From an uncultured virus (IMG/VR IMGVR_UViG_3300042922_000636) (Duplodnaviria > Heunggongvirae > Uroviricota > Caudoviricetes), in IMG/VR virus record IMGVR_UViG_3300042922_000636: 64,000 nt of DNA; one strand, 5' to 3'. Below, piece by piece: positions 63,973 to 64,000 of the stretch. Positions within the stretch are counted from its first letter, which is position 1. Each line of letters starts with the position of its first letter. Under the pieces are notes generated by a model that made no database searches, was not told the DNA's origin, and was given only the letters and a program-made list of their open reading frames with translations. The position numbers were made by a program, and so were the translations under genes.

Positions 63973-64000
63973 TCATCGGCGTCGGCCGGCCCGACGCAAA

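Larger units (their letters stand above)
37817..64000. mobile_element. Second temperate siphophage 'B' (tyrosine integrase, tRNA-Phe att), partial
   Basis: Separate integrase, immunity, RecET, rep, terminase, portal, capsid and tail genes, mostly unlike those of A. Left boundary uncertain. Confidence 0.85.

Overview
High-GC actinobacterial (Microbacteriaceae-like, inferred) temperate siphophage DNA with no recognisable host genes. Positions ~1-37816 form an apparently complete phage 'A': large serine integrase, HTH repressor/Cro switch, antirepressor, recombination and replication genes, two amino-methyltransferases, HNH plus terminase, head and tail genes with a -1 frameshifted chaperone, M15 endolysin, holins and morons. 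This unit is bracketed by a near-identical ~1.3 kb direct repeat (1-1294 and 37817-39110) carrying a tyrosine recombinase. After the second copy the sequence runs into a different phage 'B': tyrosine integrase, an intact-looking attP with a tRNA-Phe 3' half and arm sites on both sides, an ImmA-like gene, repressor/Cro/Xis, RecET, WhiB, a replication initiator with iterons, a C5 methyltransferase, PBSX-type terminase, P22-like coat, tRNA-Asn and tail genes cut off at the window edge. Main observations: (i) six short gene-boundary linkers occur in the same order in both phages but enclose mostly unrelated small genes, directly upstream of a shared extra tyrosine recombinase, which suggests a cassette-exchange system; (ii) a LexA box plus PafBC-type promoter precedes an unannotated 41-aa ORF antisense to repressor A; (iii) PafBC-type leaderless promoters and a covarying RNA hairpin occur in the shared recombinase/DUF3263 module; (iv) a ~380-nt highly structured non-coding region precedes the packaging genes of A. 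All family assignments are by eye from motifs and synteny; no searches were run.
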